Assembly: GCF_964355755.1 (NCBI RefSeq)
Contig: NC_092671.1
Span: forward strand, 7,688,001-7,752,000
Direction: 5' to 3'
DNA from: Antedon mediterranea
Taxonomy: Eukaryota; Animalia; Echinodermata
DNA: 64,000 bases
This document shows positions 35,902-48,800 of this stretch, piece by piece. The translations under genes were made by a program, and so were the position numbers. Under the pieces are notes generated by a model. That model was not told the origin of the DNA and did not search any database. It saw nothing but the letters and a program-made list of their open reading frames with translations. Within the stretch, counting starts at the first letter, position 1. Each line of letters opens with the position of its first letter.

Positions 35902-36147
35902 TCTTTGTTTATGTCTTGTCTGCTTTAAGCGTAAATGTAGATAGCACTCATGTCATGAACCCAGCAAACAATATACAAGGTACTGTAGGTTAGAACGTTT
36001 ATTTGACAGTCTTCTCTGGTGACTAGCAGATTATGAATAACGGACACACTTAACATGGAACACTTCTCTGAACTATATCTTCAGGCATCTAAACTCAACA
36101 CGGTTCATAATAAAAAATAATCACAAATTCAATTCACCTTTGACTAC
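35902..36147 (-). other. 5' UTR part of the ATG-containing THSD7 exon
   Basis: Pyrimidine tract and acceptor TTTTTCTCAATTTTCAG ending at 36148; implies an upstream non-coding exon. Confidence 0.6.
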
Positions 36148-36414
36148 CTGAAAATTGAGAAAAATATTTGAGTCAAAATTATGTATTGAAGAAGAATTTG
36201 ATATAGTATGCAAAAAAGATATAAAATGTGGTACAGTAGATCAGAATGCAGCAACCAAATGTGAAATGTTTTACAGTATAACATAAATCAAATCAAAGTA
36301 CAAATATAAAATATTTATATTTGCAATATGTTCCTGTAAAACAAGGGAATAATATATTCTAAGAAGTAGTTACAATTATGATGTTACAAGAGAGATATGT
36401 AGATGTTGTTTGGA

Positions 36415-36592
36415 AAGCAAGGAGAAAAGAATAATTGAGGAGAGAGGGAAGAAGAATGAGTGTATAAAGAAGAGGAAAGGATGAACAAGAGTAAGGAGAA
36501 TGAGAGGAGGAAAGAGAAAAGAATGAGAGGGGGAAGGAGAAAAGAACGAGAGGAGGAAGGAGAAAAGAACGAGAGGAAGAAGGACAGAAGAG
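36415..36592. repeat. Purine-rich (GA) low-complexity tract
   Basis: Almost exclusively G/A, includes GAAGGAGAAAAGAACGAGAGGA twice. Confidence 0.8.
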
Positions 36593-37847
36593 TATAACAA
36601 TGTTGGACTACTGATTTGACATCCATTTGAATTTATATTATACAAGTTTCCATTCTAGATGTCTTGTTTCAAAAGTTGAATTGCAAACAATTATCAGTAA
36701 AGTTACAGTGCATTTCACCATATACTGTAAAGAAGTATTAGAAAAAAGAAGAAAAATAGTGCAAAATTGGGGCAGGGTAGGCCTACTAATATCCATTAAG
36801 CAAAGGCCATGGCATTTACTATATGACTATTTTAATGAGTTTCATGATTTATTAGCATTTCATGGCAGTTATAGCAAATTAACAGTAAATTATTATTATA
36901 AATGCATAAAAATTAAAATATGCATGAGACATTCAAGAGAATCGCACCTATTAAGCGGCCACAATGGAATTATCTTTAATTAGTCAGCAAATTGTGTTTA
37001 CTTACGCACAGATAGTTCTTAAATGCATATAAATACCGTAATATGTTTAGTAACCTGAAAGGTCAACGGAAATTGTTATTATTATTATTTGTTGTAGATT
37101 GGATATTTTGTTCCGAATTGAATTTGCAAATTATACAGTTTACATAAAACCAAAACTGAATAAAAATATTAAAGAATAAGAATGTTTTAAATCAAAATAT
37201 GATTACGGATTCTTTATGCACTGGTCTTCTAAAAAAATGGGGCCGATACTTCTTCAAGTTATTGATCACCTTCGACCACCCTTTCCCATCCTTGTTTAGG
37301 CTATGTTAGAACGGCGATTTTTCCCCAAATATTGTTTTTCAACCAATTTCTTTGAAGCGACTACACACATATTCTTGGTCTTTTGACATGCCACATACTC
37401 AGGTCGCAGAATGTCAAAGATATCTGTCTAGCGCTTTAATTGTGATAGTCAGTATTGTTACTTCTCGCTATCTGCTTCCGAAATCGATCGTCTTTCTTTC
37501 TCATTTCAACTAAGTTAAATTTAATTGTAATCATACTTGTTCAAAAGGAAAAAAAAAAACAGAAATATCATCAAGTTGAAATTTGATATTTTGATATTTT
37601 TTGTCAACTTCAAGTCTGAAAATAATAAATGTTTTCTGATGATATATACGGTATACGATTCCTTCAAGAATGTATGGTAATTAGATCTACGATCGTGGAG
37701 ACAAATTTGTACGAAAGTTGTCACATATTTAGTGAAATGTCAAATAGTCTTGTCGAAAGACTACAACAAATTTTGTGAGTCGCAGATAGCCAACAATTTA
37801 ACAATTTAGTTATAGTTTGTAGTTTGTATACACAGGTGTTACGTCTC

Positions 37848-38010
37848 TAAAGCTCTGTCTACTCTATTAAACTAGTTTGACAACAAAGTGTGATGTGCCC
37901 AAATATAGTAGTAATATGCCCAAATATGGTAGTGATATGACATCACATGTCTATAAAACATGGGCACATTTTTTTGTCACATAAAGTTTGATAGTATATA
38001 CAGAGCTTTA
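37848..38010. mobile_element. MITE family A
   Basis: Same TIRs and core as the 24078 copy. Confidence 0.85.
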
Positions 38011-40908
38011 ATCAATATCTTAAAATCTTGATACCACATATTGTGAAATGGGAAAGTTGCAGTTCTATGTTGGGTTTGGATATACAGTATATGCAAATAT
38101 TATGATCGAAACTTGGCGTTGGGAAATGTCAACGTTTATGATGGAAATTGCTTTTTAATAGCACATAAATCATACAAACAGGGAAATGAAGTTGTTAATA
38201 TGTATTTTTATCATTAAATAATATTGATTGAAATGTCCCTTCAAGGATATTCTATATGCAATATCAATAAATATCAATTATTACCAAATGGCAATAAAAT
38301 GCAATATACTATTACTGTCAATCAGTGGAAAAGTTATGAATATTAATAATAAAATAATTCCTTGAATATCAAAGCTTGTCTATCGTGCTATACGTACTAC
38401 GGTATACAAAATACCAATGTTTGGTATTTTGAAATTAACATTACCGTAAATGCAAAAATTACATTTAAAAGAAATCATACTACAATTTTGTTTTTTGTGG
38501 ATCACCAGAATATATTCATTTCATTTTTTTAAGAGTTATAAAATAAATAAATGCATGAACAGAAAATATAATTATTCTCATAATAGTAATGATATAATAT
38601 TAGATATTTACTTCTGGGTTTATCAATTGTTTCTGCAAATTAAATATTATTCTCTTTCAAAACAAAAACAATTTCTTGATACATACAAAATCTTTTAATC
38701 TGATTTCAACACATTACAATGTTTATTATCATCACAAACGAGAGATGGATTAACTAATAGTTTTATATTAACTTTCAATGTCTTTTTCATTTAATCTGAT
38801 AGGTATGAAAAGGGTATTATTGTTAAATCATGCCAGGGGGCAGTGCCGGTATGTGCATCGGAATATTAAACACTAGATCACTTTGTTATTAAAAAAAAGT
38901 ACATTTTTTGTAAGGTTTACATAGGATGATATGCCGGAGGCATCATCAGTTTTTAAGTAATTTCAAACATAACAATGCATTTTAAAAGTAATACATTGTA
39001 TTAAGTTTTACAGTAATAAATATTTATTATGAGTGATCAGATTTATTCGTGCAGATATTAAATTTGGGAGTGCCTTATATACTATCTCTTGGCAGGTATA
39101 TCCATAATAATGTTATAGATGGTATCTTTTTTATTTAATCTGAAACTGAAATCTGCAATTTCAGGAAAGTACAGTTAAATACACCCCTGGATTGTGCAAG
39201 GTACTATTGCGCAAGGTTTTTGGTTGGTTGTGCTAGGTTTGCAATACACTTCGCAAAAAGCCTAAGGATTCAGAATTGGTGCATTTTATAAGGTATCAAA
39301 TGATTATAATTATTTTAGTCAGAGTAGAGAATGCTCAAACCAATGTCTCATTGGGCATGAAGAAATGTGTAGTTACAGTAGTCCATTTGAAAGGTATATT
39401 TGACTATTACTGTTACAGTATGACGAACCAGCAAACTAGATATTGTCTAATAAAAGAAAATAAATATACTTTTAGAAAATTATGTAAACGATATATTGAA
39501 ATGGTGTATTAAAAGTCAGAATAGATATTGCTACCCCTCCTATGAATTACTGTTATTTCACACTTAAATGTATAATTATCTGTAACTAATAAGCCCTTCT
39601 AACTCTGACTTGATTTTTATTTGTCTGGAATTACAGTGTAAATAGGGAATTTATGCTGTTCTACTTATATACGTCTCTTCCCTTTGGTTATTCTAGAAAT
39701 CATGCTTGGAAACAAACACTTTATCGCATCATGAGCATTTAGTATGCATAAATCAGATATTTTGTAGTGTAATTTCTATTGAGATAAATTTGAACTGGCA
39801 TGCTTGTATTATTGAGGGAATGATAAGAAAATACTAATGAAAACTATTAAACGAGAAATATAGTTAGTTTAACAAAAAGATTTTTAATTTGTATTCAGAG
39901 GCACTATGTATAAAACAATAAAAATGAGTAAGAATACTTTACGATGCTAAATTAAATGTAAACCATTCTTAGAATTACTTCAACGAAATCTACCCGATCC
40001 CTTGCAGGTACAAAATGTGTTCAGACTAATACAAGATCTGTATTATGAATGTTGAAAAAATATTAGATTAAAAAGAAACAATGGCATTGCAAGAAATTAA
40101 ACCCACATAAAAATAGTTTCTTATTAAATGAATAACCATGCTCCATAAAAGTTAATTCAAAAAGTAAAATGCTATGAAGATCAGGTTGCCTTTTAATCAG
40201 GTGGACAGAACGAATGACTTCTTAAAAAATAAAACGTCTTGCTTGATTAAACTGGTTGCAGAAAGGGAAAGGCGGTAGGATACTTACAGATGTCATTGTC
40301 AGTCAGTACAAAGACTTACTGCCAAGACATTTGGCGACTTCTACAAGTATTTTGATTTGATATAAAAATTATGAAATACATGTCATATTACAAAATCCAA
40401 TTTGTTTTAAAAATCATTTCTAACACTTAAATGGAAATGTCTACATTGTCTTTGTTTTATTAGACACTTAAATGAAAACGCACGACAATGCTGGAAATGA
40501 GGATGCATTTTGAACTGCTAACTCACAAAACTAATGATTATGGACATACTAAACGTCTTTTTCTCACCAACATGGATATAAAACTCTTCTATTGATTAAA
40601 GAACATTAAGATAATCTGTATTTGAACAGGCAATTGGACATTTACATTTCAATCAGGACATTTATTCAACCTGACCATTATTAATGGTCATTTGTTTGAC
40701 CATAGAGAATACAAGTTTAAGTGTACATTACGTTACATACCCTACAATGACTCACAGAAAATCATTATCGTAATGGATAAATATTCCCTTAGGAAATTTT
40801 ACTTTTCTTAATAAAAAGTAGAAAAAAAATACTATTTAATCTTAAGTAAATATAGTATTGGTTTAATAACTTTTTTGCTTTTCATAGCTTAAAATTCTGG
40901 CAAGAAAG

Positions 40909-41093
40909 TAAAGCTTGGTTCCCACTAGAACGTAACGCAAGGACGTAAACGCAACGCAAGCGTTTTAACCAATGACAAGCGAAGTTATAGACAGTTAGCA
41001 ATCACAAGCGAATAAGCCATCGCTTGTAATTGGTCAATTCACTTGCGTTGCGTTACGTCCTTGTGTTGCGTCGCTAGTGGGAACCACGCTTTA
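40909..41093. mobile_element. MITE family B-related intact copy
   Basis: TAAAGCTTGGTTCCCACTAG...CTAGTGGGAACCACGCTTTA with extended internal palindrome. Confidence 0.88.
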
Positions 41094-42011
41094 GAGTGCA
41101 GACAGAATTTCCCTTCTTGAGGTCTTGTTAAGACTTTTAAACCAGACCAGTCCAGCTTAAATTGTCATATTTGTTTTTTCAACTAAACAAGGCAGAAAAT
41201 TAATATCAACAATTCTATGACAACTTTATCAAACATTATATATCTTACTGTATGATTATATTCTAGTTTGTATTTTGTATATATTTTTCTATAGTAGAAT
41301 TACAATCAACAAAACTACTGTATAAATCATTTTTTTTTTTATTGAATTCATAAAAACTAGATAAAAAAACTATGAAAATGAATATACATTTGAACTAATT
41401 TAGTTTTGTATTTTACCATTTCACAGGAAATATTTGTGTTTTTAATATCTCCATTAAATTAGAAATAAAGCCAATCTTAATCAAGAAAGCGTATTAAAAG
41501 GTCTTGCTTAAAGGCAATAGCTAAATCCACACCAAAGCAGTTATAAAGATTTCTAAAGCCGATATGGCCATAACTTTACATTAATGTCTGTATCGAGGAG
41601 AATAACGGTATTTTGTAATAGTTTATTAGAGGTTGATGGACCAATAATAGAATGATTCATGAAATAATAAAACTGAAAATGTCACAAAAGTGGGTGAAAA
41701 TACCCAATAGTTGCATAGAACCGCAGAGAAAAATAAGAAGTTGGTATTTGCATAGTTACGAGCCTGACTTAAAAGATAAGTATTAAAAGCAAGGTAATGG
41801 ATGATAAAAAGTGTAACGTTCAATTTCAAAATAAGTAAATCTTCTCAAACGAAACAATATAAACATGTTTTTCTAATGGGTAATGATTAATAGGAAAATA
41901 CAAAATTATTATAAGAAAATGGAAGATACGGGGTGAAATTATGATGTGAATGATGATGATCTTTTCTATTTAAGATTAATATTTGCCAATACTGTAGTTA
42001 AACACTCAAAT

Positions 42012-42070
42012 AGGATTTGAACTATGGACCTTGGAAATGGTAGGTAAGCACACTTACCTCAATCTCACCA
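42012..42070 (-). mobile_element. Degenerate tRNA-derived SINE head
   Basis: Minus strand A-box-like TGGTGAGATTGAGG and B-box GTTCAAATCC at tRNA-like spacing, no full cloverleaf. Confidence 0.45.
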
Positions 42071-45000
42071 GAATTATAATACAACCAAATACACAAATAT
42101 CTTAACTATTTAAAATTGCACTGCAAAAAAGTTGTTCTTTTCTATTATTATAAAGATCACTATTTATAAATAACATAAATAATTCTGTATGATATACTTT
42201 ATAATTCTGTACAATCCTGTTTCTTGTTTTCCTACTGTATGTATTCAGATCTTTTAAATAAATGTATATTGAATTGAATTTAATTGAAAAAAAAGAAATT
42301 GAAGAATCACTTTCAGTAGAAAAAAAATTGCAAAAATTCTTTGATAATAAAAAATTCCATAGAAAATTCTGAATGTTAAGACCGTACACACCTTTTGGCG
42401 ATTCAAGAGGTGTAATTTAATTATTAGCTTTCATCTTCATCCCCTTCAGCAGAACACTCAATATAGTCATTTGTCATTTAATCGCTACTGTCTTAACACC
42501 TGCATATGACACGCTCATATAAAGAATGTTAACGATACAATACTTGGTTATTGTTTTGGATCTCGTAACTTGGTTACACCATAGTAATCTCCAATTTCAA
42601 GCAATAATTTTGTTTGTTTTAAATAACACATATGTCTCTTCTTCAAGTAAATAATAGAAGAGTTATCCAACAGTCAAATAATACCATAGATATAACTAAA
42701 CATCCATATTTGGGAATTATGAGTGAGTGAGTGAGTCAAAGGGGCAGGGATGTTGTTGGGGCCCTATTCTACAAAACTGATTTTTAATAGAATTAATAAT
42801 TGACATTGACAACCTAAACAAGTTTTTCACACTACAGTACTATTATATGCCAAAAGAAAAACTATTCAAAACATATGTTTTACATTGGTCAAATCATAAA
42901 ACCTCCAAATTTCAAATATTTTAATCCGAAAACATGTGCACATATGCTTGCCACATGAGGAGAAATCGATATTATGACTGGTATGATACAAACAAATATA
43001 TAAAAAACTTGTAATGGAAAAATATTTTGAAACAAGCAACAAAATGACAAAAATTCAATAAGTTCTTAAATACTTTTTCCAAACATTCGTTGTTAACATT
43101 CATTTTAGAATGCTAATAATGTAATTAAATGAATAAATCATTTTGTCAAATACAACAATTATTTATCAAATAAACACATTCTGAATTTTGCATATAAATT
43201 ACATATGATACTACAGGCCAATGTTTAAAGTGTAAGAGATATAATTACAATCCAAAATGAGGTTGATTTGAGATTTAGTCCTCTGGTATCACATTTTGTG
43301 ATCGGACAAAGAAAAAACTGCCTCAGGCTTGCCTTTTATAATCTAATACAAAGTCCAGAGAGATATTAGGAAGATAGAATTTCAATGCAAATACAGTGAT
43401 TACGAGCAAAGATTCTTGTTAAAATGACGAATTTACGAGCCAAGTCTTCCACAGTTCAACAGTAATGCTTGTTAAAATAGCACTGCAATACTCTTTAGGG
43501 TAAAATGAAATATGCCGGAAATAAAGTAAAATTTCGCTGAGAATCTTTGCTACAATTTAACAGCCATGTTCAACTACAGAACCTGTAGTAATGATAATAT
43601 GATGAGAAGTTGAAACACAAACTTGAAAGAGTTGTGTATTAGCGGTCATGTAAAAAGTATACTCTATAAGCTGCTTATAATTAATTATTTAACCAGCCTT
43701 TTCTATGTAAGAAACACACCGTATATTGTGCAGACTGTGCTGTTATTGCATTATGACCCCTGATGTAAATGAACACGCCAACTCAGCTTGTTACGCAAAT
43801 GAAAATCAAAGTTTTTTGAGTAATTTTGATTTGAGTTCCCAGATAAAACAAAAATAAAAGAAAATATCAAAATGAGTGGATACCTTTTATACCAGATTCA
43901 GGGGTGTATTGATAGAAGATGGAACTGAAACTGAATTAGCGGTGGCTAAGAGTTGTTCTCAATCGCAATTCAACTGAGTCTATACATTATTTGGAAAAAA
44001 GGGAGTAGAAAGAAGCCTCATCCAATCAGTGCCTATGAAATTCTATGGTACTGTATTGGTGATAATAAATATTATTTTTCGTTGAGCCGAATACTACTTA
44101 CTCTCACCTCTAATAAAACAGGGCACACATTCAGGTTGCAGAAGTCAGCAGATGTAATTCAGAAAATTCAACTGTAAAAAATTAAAATTCATAAATAATA
44201 AGATTATTATTCATAATTTCCCAAGAAAATTGTATTCACATATTATATATTTTAGCCAGAAATTATTTTATTATTATTTTATCAATTGTGATTAACTAAA
44301 AAAAAAATTACTAATCTGTTATGGTAAATATCAATTATTTTATGAATTTTTCCAGGCATCAGATATATGTCACATCTTCAACAATAAAACACACAATATC
44401 ATTTTACTGCTTTTCATTTTGGATGATATGTTGTTTGTATGCTAATGTTAGCCATAACAAATTACATTCTCTGTATATTGTACACAACTCCCTTTTTTGC
44501 AACAACACGCTAACGATAAAACTTCAAAAGGTACTGCTTATATCATGGCAAATGAAAACAATGCAATTGGAAATGGAATTCCTCAAGAGAAACCTCACGT
44601 TAAGTGCAAAAATCGCTATAAACGTTGAAACCTATAAAAAATATTGAACAACTATCAAATGGGTTACACGTACCTAAATGGGTTAACCATCAATAATTCA
44701 AGCTCATGATTAATGTTAAAAACGTATATATATATATTTGAAATTTAACCGCTGAAATTTAAGCATCGTTTTTTCAGGTAAATTGAAGTAATATCTTTCA
44801 AGAATGAATGTCAAGCTCTTTCAATCCTTAGAAAGCCTTTTATGGAATCCGATCCAAATGTATGCTTAAGAAATACATGGTTATATCCCAGTGTTTTAAT
44901 GTTTTCCCATTTATGATGGTCAGAAAATTTGTTGAGGAGGAAAGAACATTTAAAAATTTATGTATGAGAATCAGTAACTTTGAAATAAATTCTTCAAAAT

Positions 45001-48000
45001 AAAGTACACAAGAACTTCAACTCTGATTAGAAATCATTTTTGTACCCTGAATACACGTAATTATACAATATTATATACTGTATAGCTATGTTTTAAATGA
45101 TTCAAATTAGAAACCATTTCTGGACCGTAAATAAACATAAATTATACATTAGATATGTACAGTAGCTATTTGTTAAGTATTAACATTGGAAATTACATAC
45201 AGACTATTAAAAGTTTAAGCACGGAAGAGTGAAATTACAATAATTTCAATCATCCCTGGTTTAAGTAAACCGGCTTTGAATGGAGGGAGCAAAATGATAT
45301 CAAAACATTAACATTCTTTTATAATTTTTCTAATCTAGTTTATAATAAATGTATGAGAAGTGACCAAAAGGGCAAGTACAAATTGATTTGGCTGTTTAAC
45401 TGTTCAGTACATTTTAAATAATAACTTTATTATACATCAAAATCTAAAACCTCAAGAGAAACAGCGCATTATATAAAGTAACACCGAGCTAAATCATTCA
45501 TGCGCTGTTCATTCACATATACGCATTGAGGCTGCTAATGATTACAGTACATTATTCAAGGAGATTGAACTCATTAGGACGTTTAATAATTGATGGATGC
45601 ATTTTAGGCTTCTCGTAATACATTGCTGGTATAATTTAAGACAACAACTGTAAAGTAGGCTAAACAGGCGGTTACCTTTCAATTCTGCTTAGAAATGTAA
45701 AAGAAGTCAAAAAAATATCTTGTATAAATAGAACACAAATTGGTTGCAAAAGTTAAGGTGGTCTGAACTTTAAATACTGTACAGTACCATGAATTAACCA
45801 ATACCTTGCGTTATACTTCCCGTTAAACGCTGTGTGTCTGAACACAGTCTAGTGAAATTCACCAATTGAGTATGTCATGGTTTTATTGAACTTGCAAACA
45901 TTTTTTCGACATTGATATACAGTTAAGTAATCAATAATTGATTTATTAAAAGTCAAATTGAAGTTGTAGTCTTTTGCAAAATTGTATCTAAATTGATTAA
46001 ATATATATTACTTATGGTAAGCAGAGTTTATAATTTATTCAAGCATGGAGACACGATATGCAAATTTAATTAAATGTATACCAATCATGCATAATTTTAC
46101 AGGTAAGCTGTAAATTATTATTGACTGCAAAGTTAAGCAGAAAGTCTCGAGACTAAATCCTGTACTTAATTTAAGGTGATGAGTAGGGGTTACCCCTGTG
46201 TTCTGGTTCAATGACATTTCCTGTTGATGCTCCAGCAGATATGGGAGGGGGGGGGGGCTGCTGTTTATATCAGGTTCACCTGCACCCAATCCCATATAGC
46301 TTTGTTTGAGCTGCAATAGAGATTATCACACCAAGAGCTCTTACATTACATTTAACAATAACTGCTCCATTGAAATTTGTCAAACAATTTCAATGTAGTT
46401 AAAAAAGGAAATCAGAGAGAAGCCGACTGGAAGGCATAAAATGAAAATAGGCATTCCCTTTTTTCAGTCTTAATTGAATCTTACAGCTATGTATAGATAT
46501 ACTAAAGAGGTGTTGTTTGCGCATAATTATTACTGATGCCCTGGGCTTTATTATCATTAAATATCATGAATACATCAATATTGTATTACTTACATTAAAT
46601 TCGAATATACACTATACCCATGTGGTGTTCCCATTAAATCCAAGTGTAATACAATATGACCTACTTTTATAATGTTATTATTAAAGTTGAAATTTAATTT
46701 AAGTTTGAATGAAAAATTAATTATTCATAAAAATATGTAGGGTATTATAAACAAATTAAAAAACAAATTTCAACAATTATGAATCTTTAGCATACTTTCA
46801 AAATATTCATGATGACTATGTAAGAAATATGCCATTAAAACGGAATTTTAGGAAAGGAAGAAGCAAGCGTGGGTTAACTATTTCTGCATATTGTGCACTT
46901 TTAAAGTTGAAGAGAGTATGATGAAATAGCCAATGTTATCATCTGATAATTTGCATTTATAAAATACAAGAATACATATGTAAGTAGAACAAATTATCAT
47001 ATTAAGAATATTTCAAAGTTTAAATCTATTCACTAAAAAGTTACTTGGGATCTTGCTAGATTTTAAATTGATCTTTATTGATATTTAAAATAGATTCCTG
47101 AATGAGGTACATAATAATTGTTCAAGAATTGAGAACACTTTTAAATTCATGCCTGAATGTTTTCCAAAGTTAATTGTTATCTGTCTGATGGTCTTAATGA
47201 TGTCTCTTCTAATTAGAGAGAACACTTTCTTTAATAACTTATACTACTTTGTGGTACTGATACAGTTGTACAAATTATTATTATGATCACCAACATGTCG
47301 CTTTCTAATAATTTAGCAAGCAGTGTTTGTGATTATCTTGAAGTCAGTCAAGATTATATAATTAAGGCATATTGTATGACTTCAACTATGTCCGCATTTC
47401 CCTTGAAAGGTTGTTTTTGTAGGTTGCAGGCTATAAAAAATATGGTAAACAAGAGGAGAGAGAAGGTAAACTGAAGTAGAATATCTATTATAACTTAATG
47501 GTTTTTTATTGTAACTTAGGAATACTTTATATTCTTACTATAGTAATATAAGTTGAGATTATATATTAAAACAAAAATAATCTAAGCTTAATAAAATGGT
47601 TCCTTTTTACCTCATACCATACTATTTTAAGGTACAAATATATTTAACCTAATATTTCAAGCCAGAAAACATACATTATTCTGTATAAATAATGAATGTG
47701 AATTAAATGGGCAAAATATTTCACTAGTTGTCCTATTGACCTACAGTACAGTAGTCGAAGAAGGGTAAGCTTTAAACAATGCAAATATTCTTTAAAAGAA
47801 TACAAAAAAAAAGTATATAGTTTATAAAACTTACTATTCTAAAGTAAATCCATTGCTTTCAACATGACATGTTGAAAGCTATGAGTTGTGGCAAGATCAT
47901 TAACAAAATCATTTGGCCTGGAGTAGAACAGTATTATAGATGGTGTATACTACAGGTTGCTCTTGGGACAACATTCTCAAAATGTTTACCAAAAGTTGAA

Positions 48001-48499
48001 ATTGTGCAATAGAACCATTTAATAGAGCCATTAAATATCATCTGGGCATTTGAACAAATACTGGAATGGAACGTAATATGAAATTAACCAATCAGACATC
48101 AAGGATACACTTAGGCGTGTTATAAAAAGCAATTGCTCAGAATCGCATGATAACTGTACTGCTGGTTGCAGACAACCTTCTTTTAAACATACATTAATCA
48201 TCTTTTTTTATTATTTAGATCCCTTCTGAATCATAAAATATAACAATGTGTTTTGTTTGCTGATGTGCAAATTTTCTTGGTTTAAAAACAACATGCAGGT
48301 ACTTATGTAATAAAAATATTGCCAATTCAAAACTTGGTATCATCTTCAAGTCCTTTTGTGCAAAATATGACTTAAAATCCCATCCAAAGGATGAGGTTAA
48401 AAATCTATTTGTTTAACTGATGATGAATTTCTGACCTGGTGAAAAGCATATTTAATATTACATTTGAGATTTATAAATTGAAAGAGGATAAATTAACCA

Positions 48500-48800
48500 C
48501 ATAGACAAGATTAAGTTAAGATTTGTTTGTTAATGTTTCATGAGACTTTTATCCAAAACTTGACAGGAACAAAAGCGTATTTTAAAGAATTTGTACTACC
48601 ATGATTTAATATTTCCTTATGTACACATGTACAGCACCTTTCAGAAAATTAAAAAAGATTTTTTAAAAACCACACAGCTGTAGATAAGATTATAGGTAAG
48701 ATATGTTTGTTAATATTTCATGAGACTTTTATCCAAAACTTGACAGCGACCAAAATGTATTCTTAAGAATTCACTATTGCGGTTTAATACTTCCTGCGTG
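48500..48800. repeat. Diverged 180-bp tandem duplication
   Basis: TTTCATGAGACTTTTATCCAAAACTTGACAG repeated 180 bp apart. Confidence 0.75.

Noticed and set aside
36376-36645. Hydrophobic S/F/L-rich ORFs resembling membrane proteins
   Set aside because: Translation of a CT/GA low-complexity tract.
42012-42070. Functional tRNA gene
   Set aside because: A/B-box remnants only; no acceptor stem or cloverleaf.
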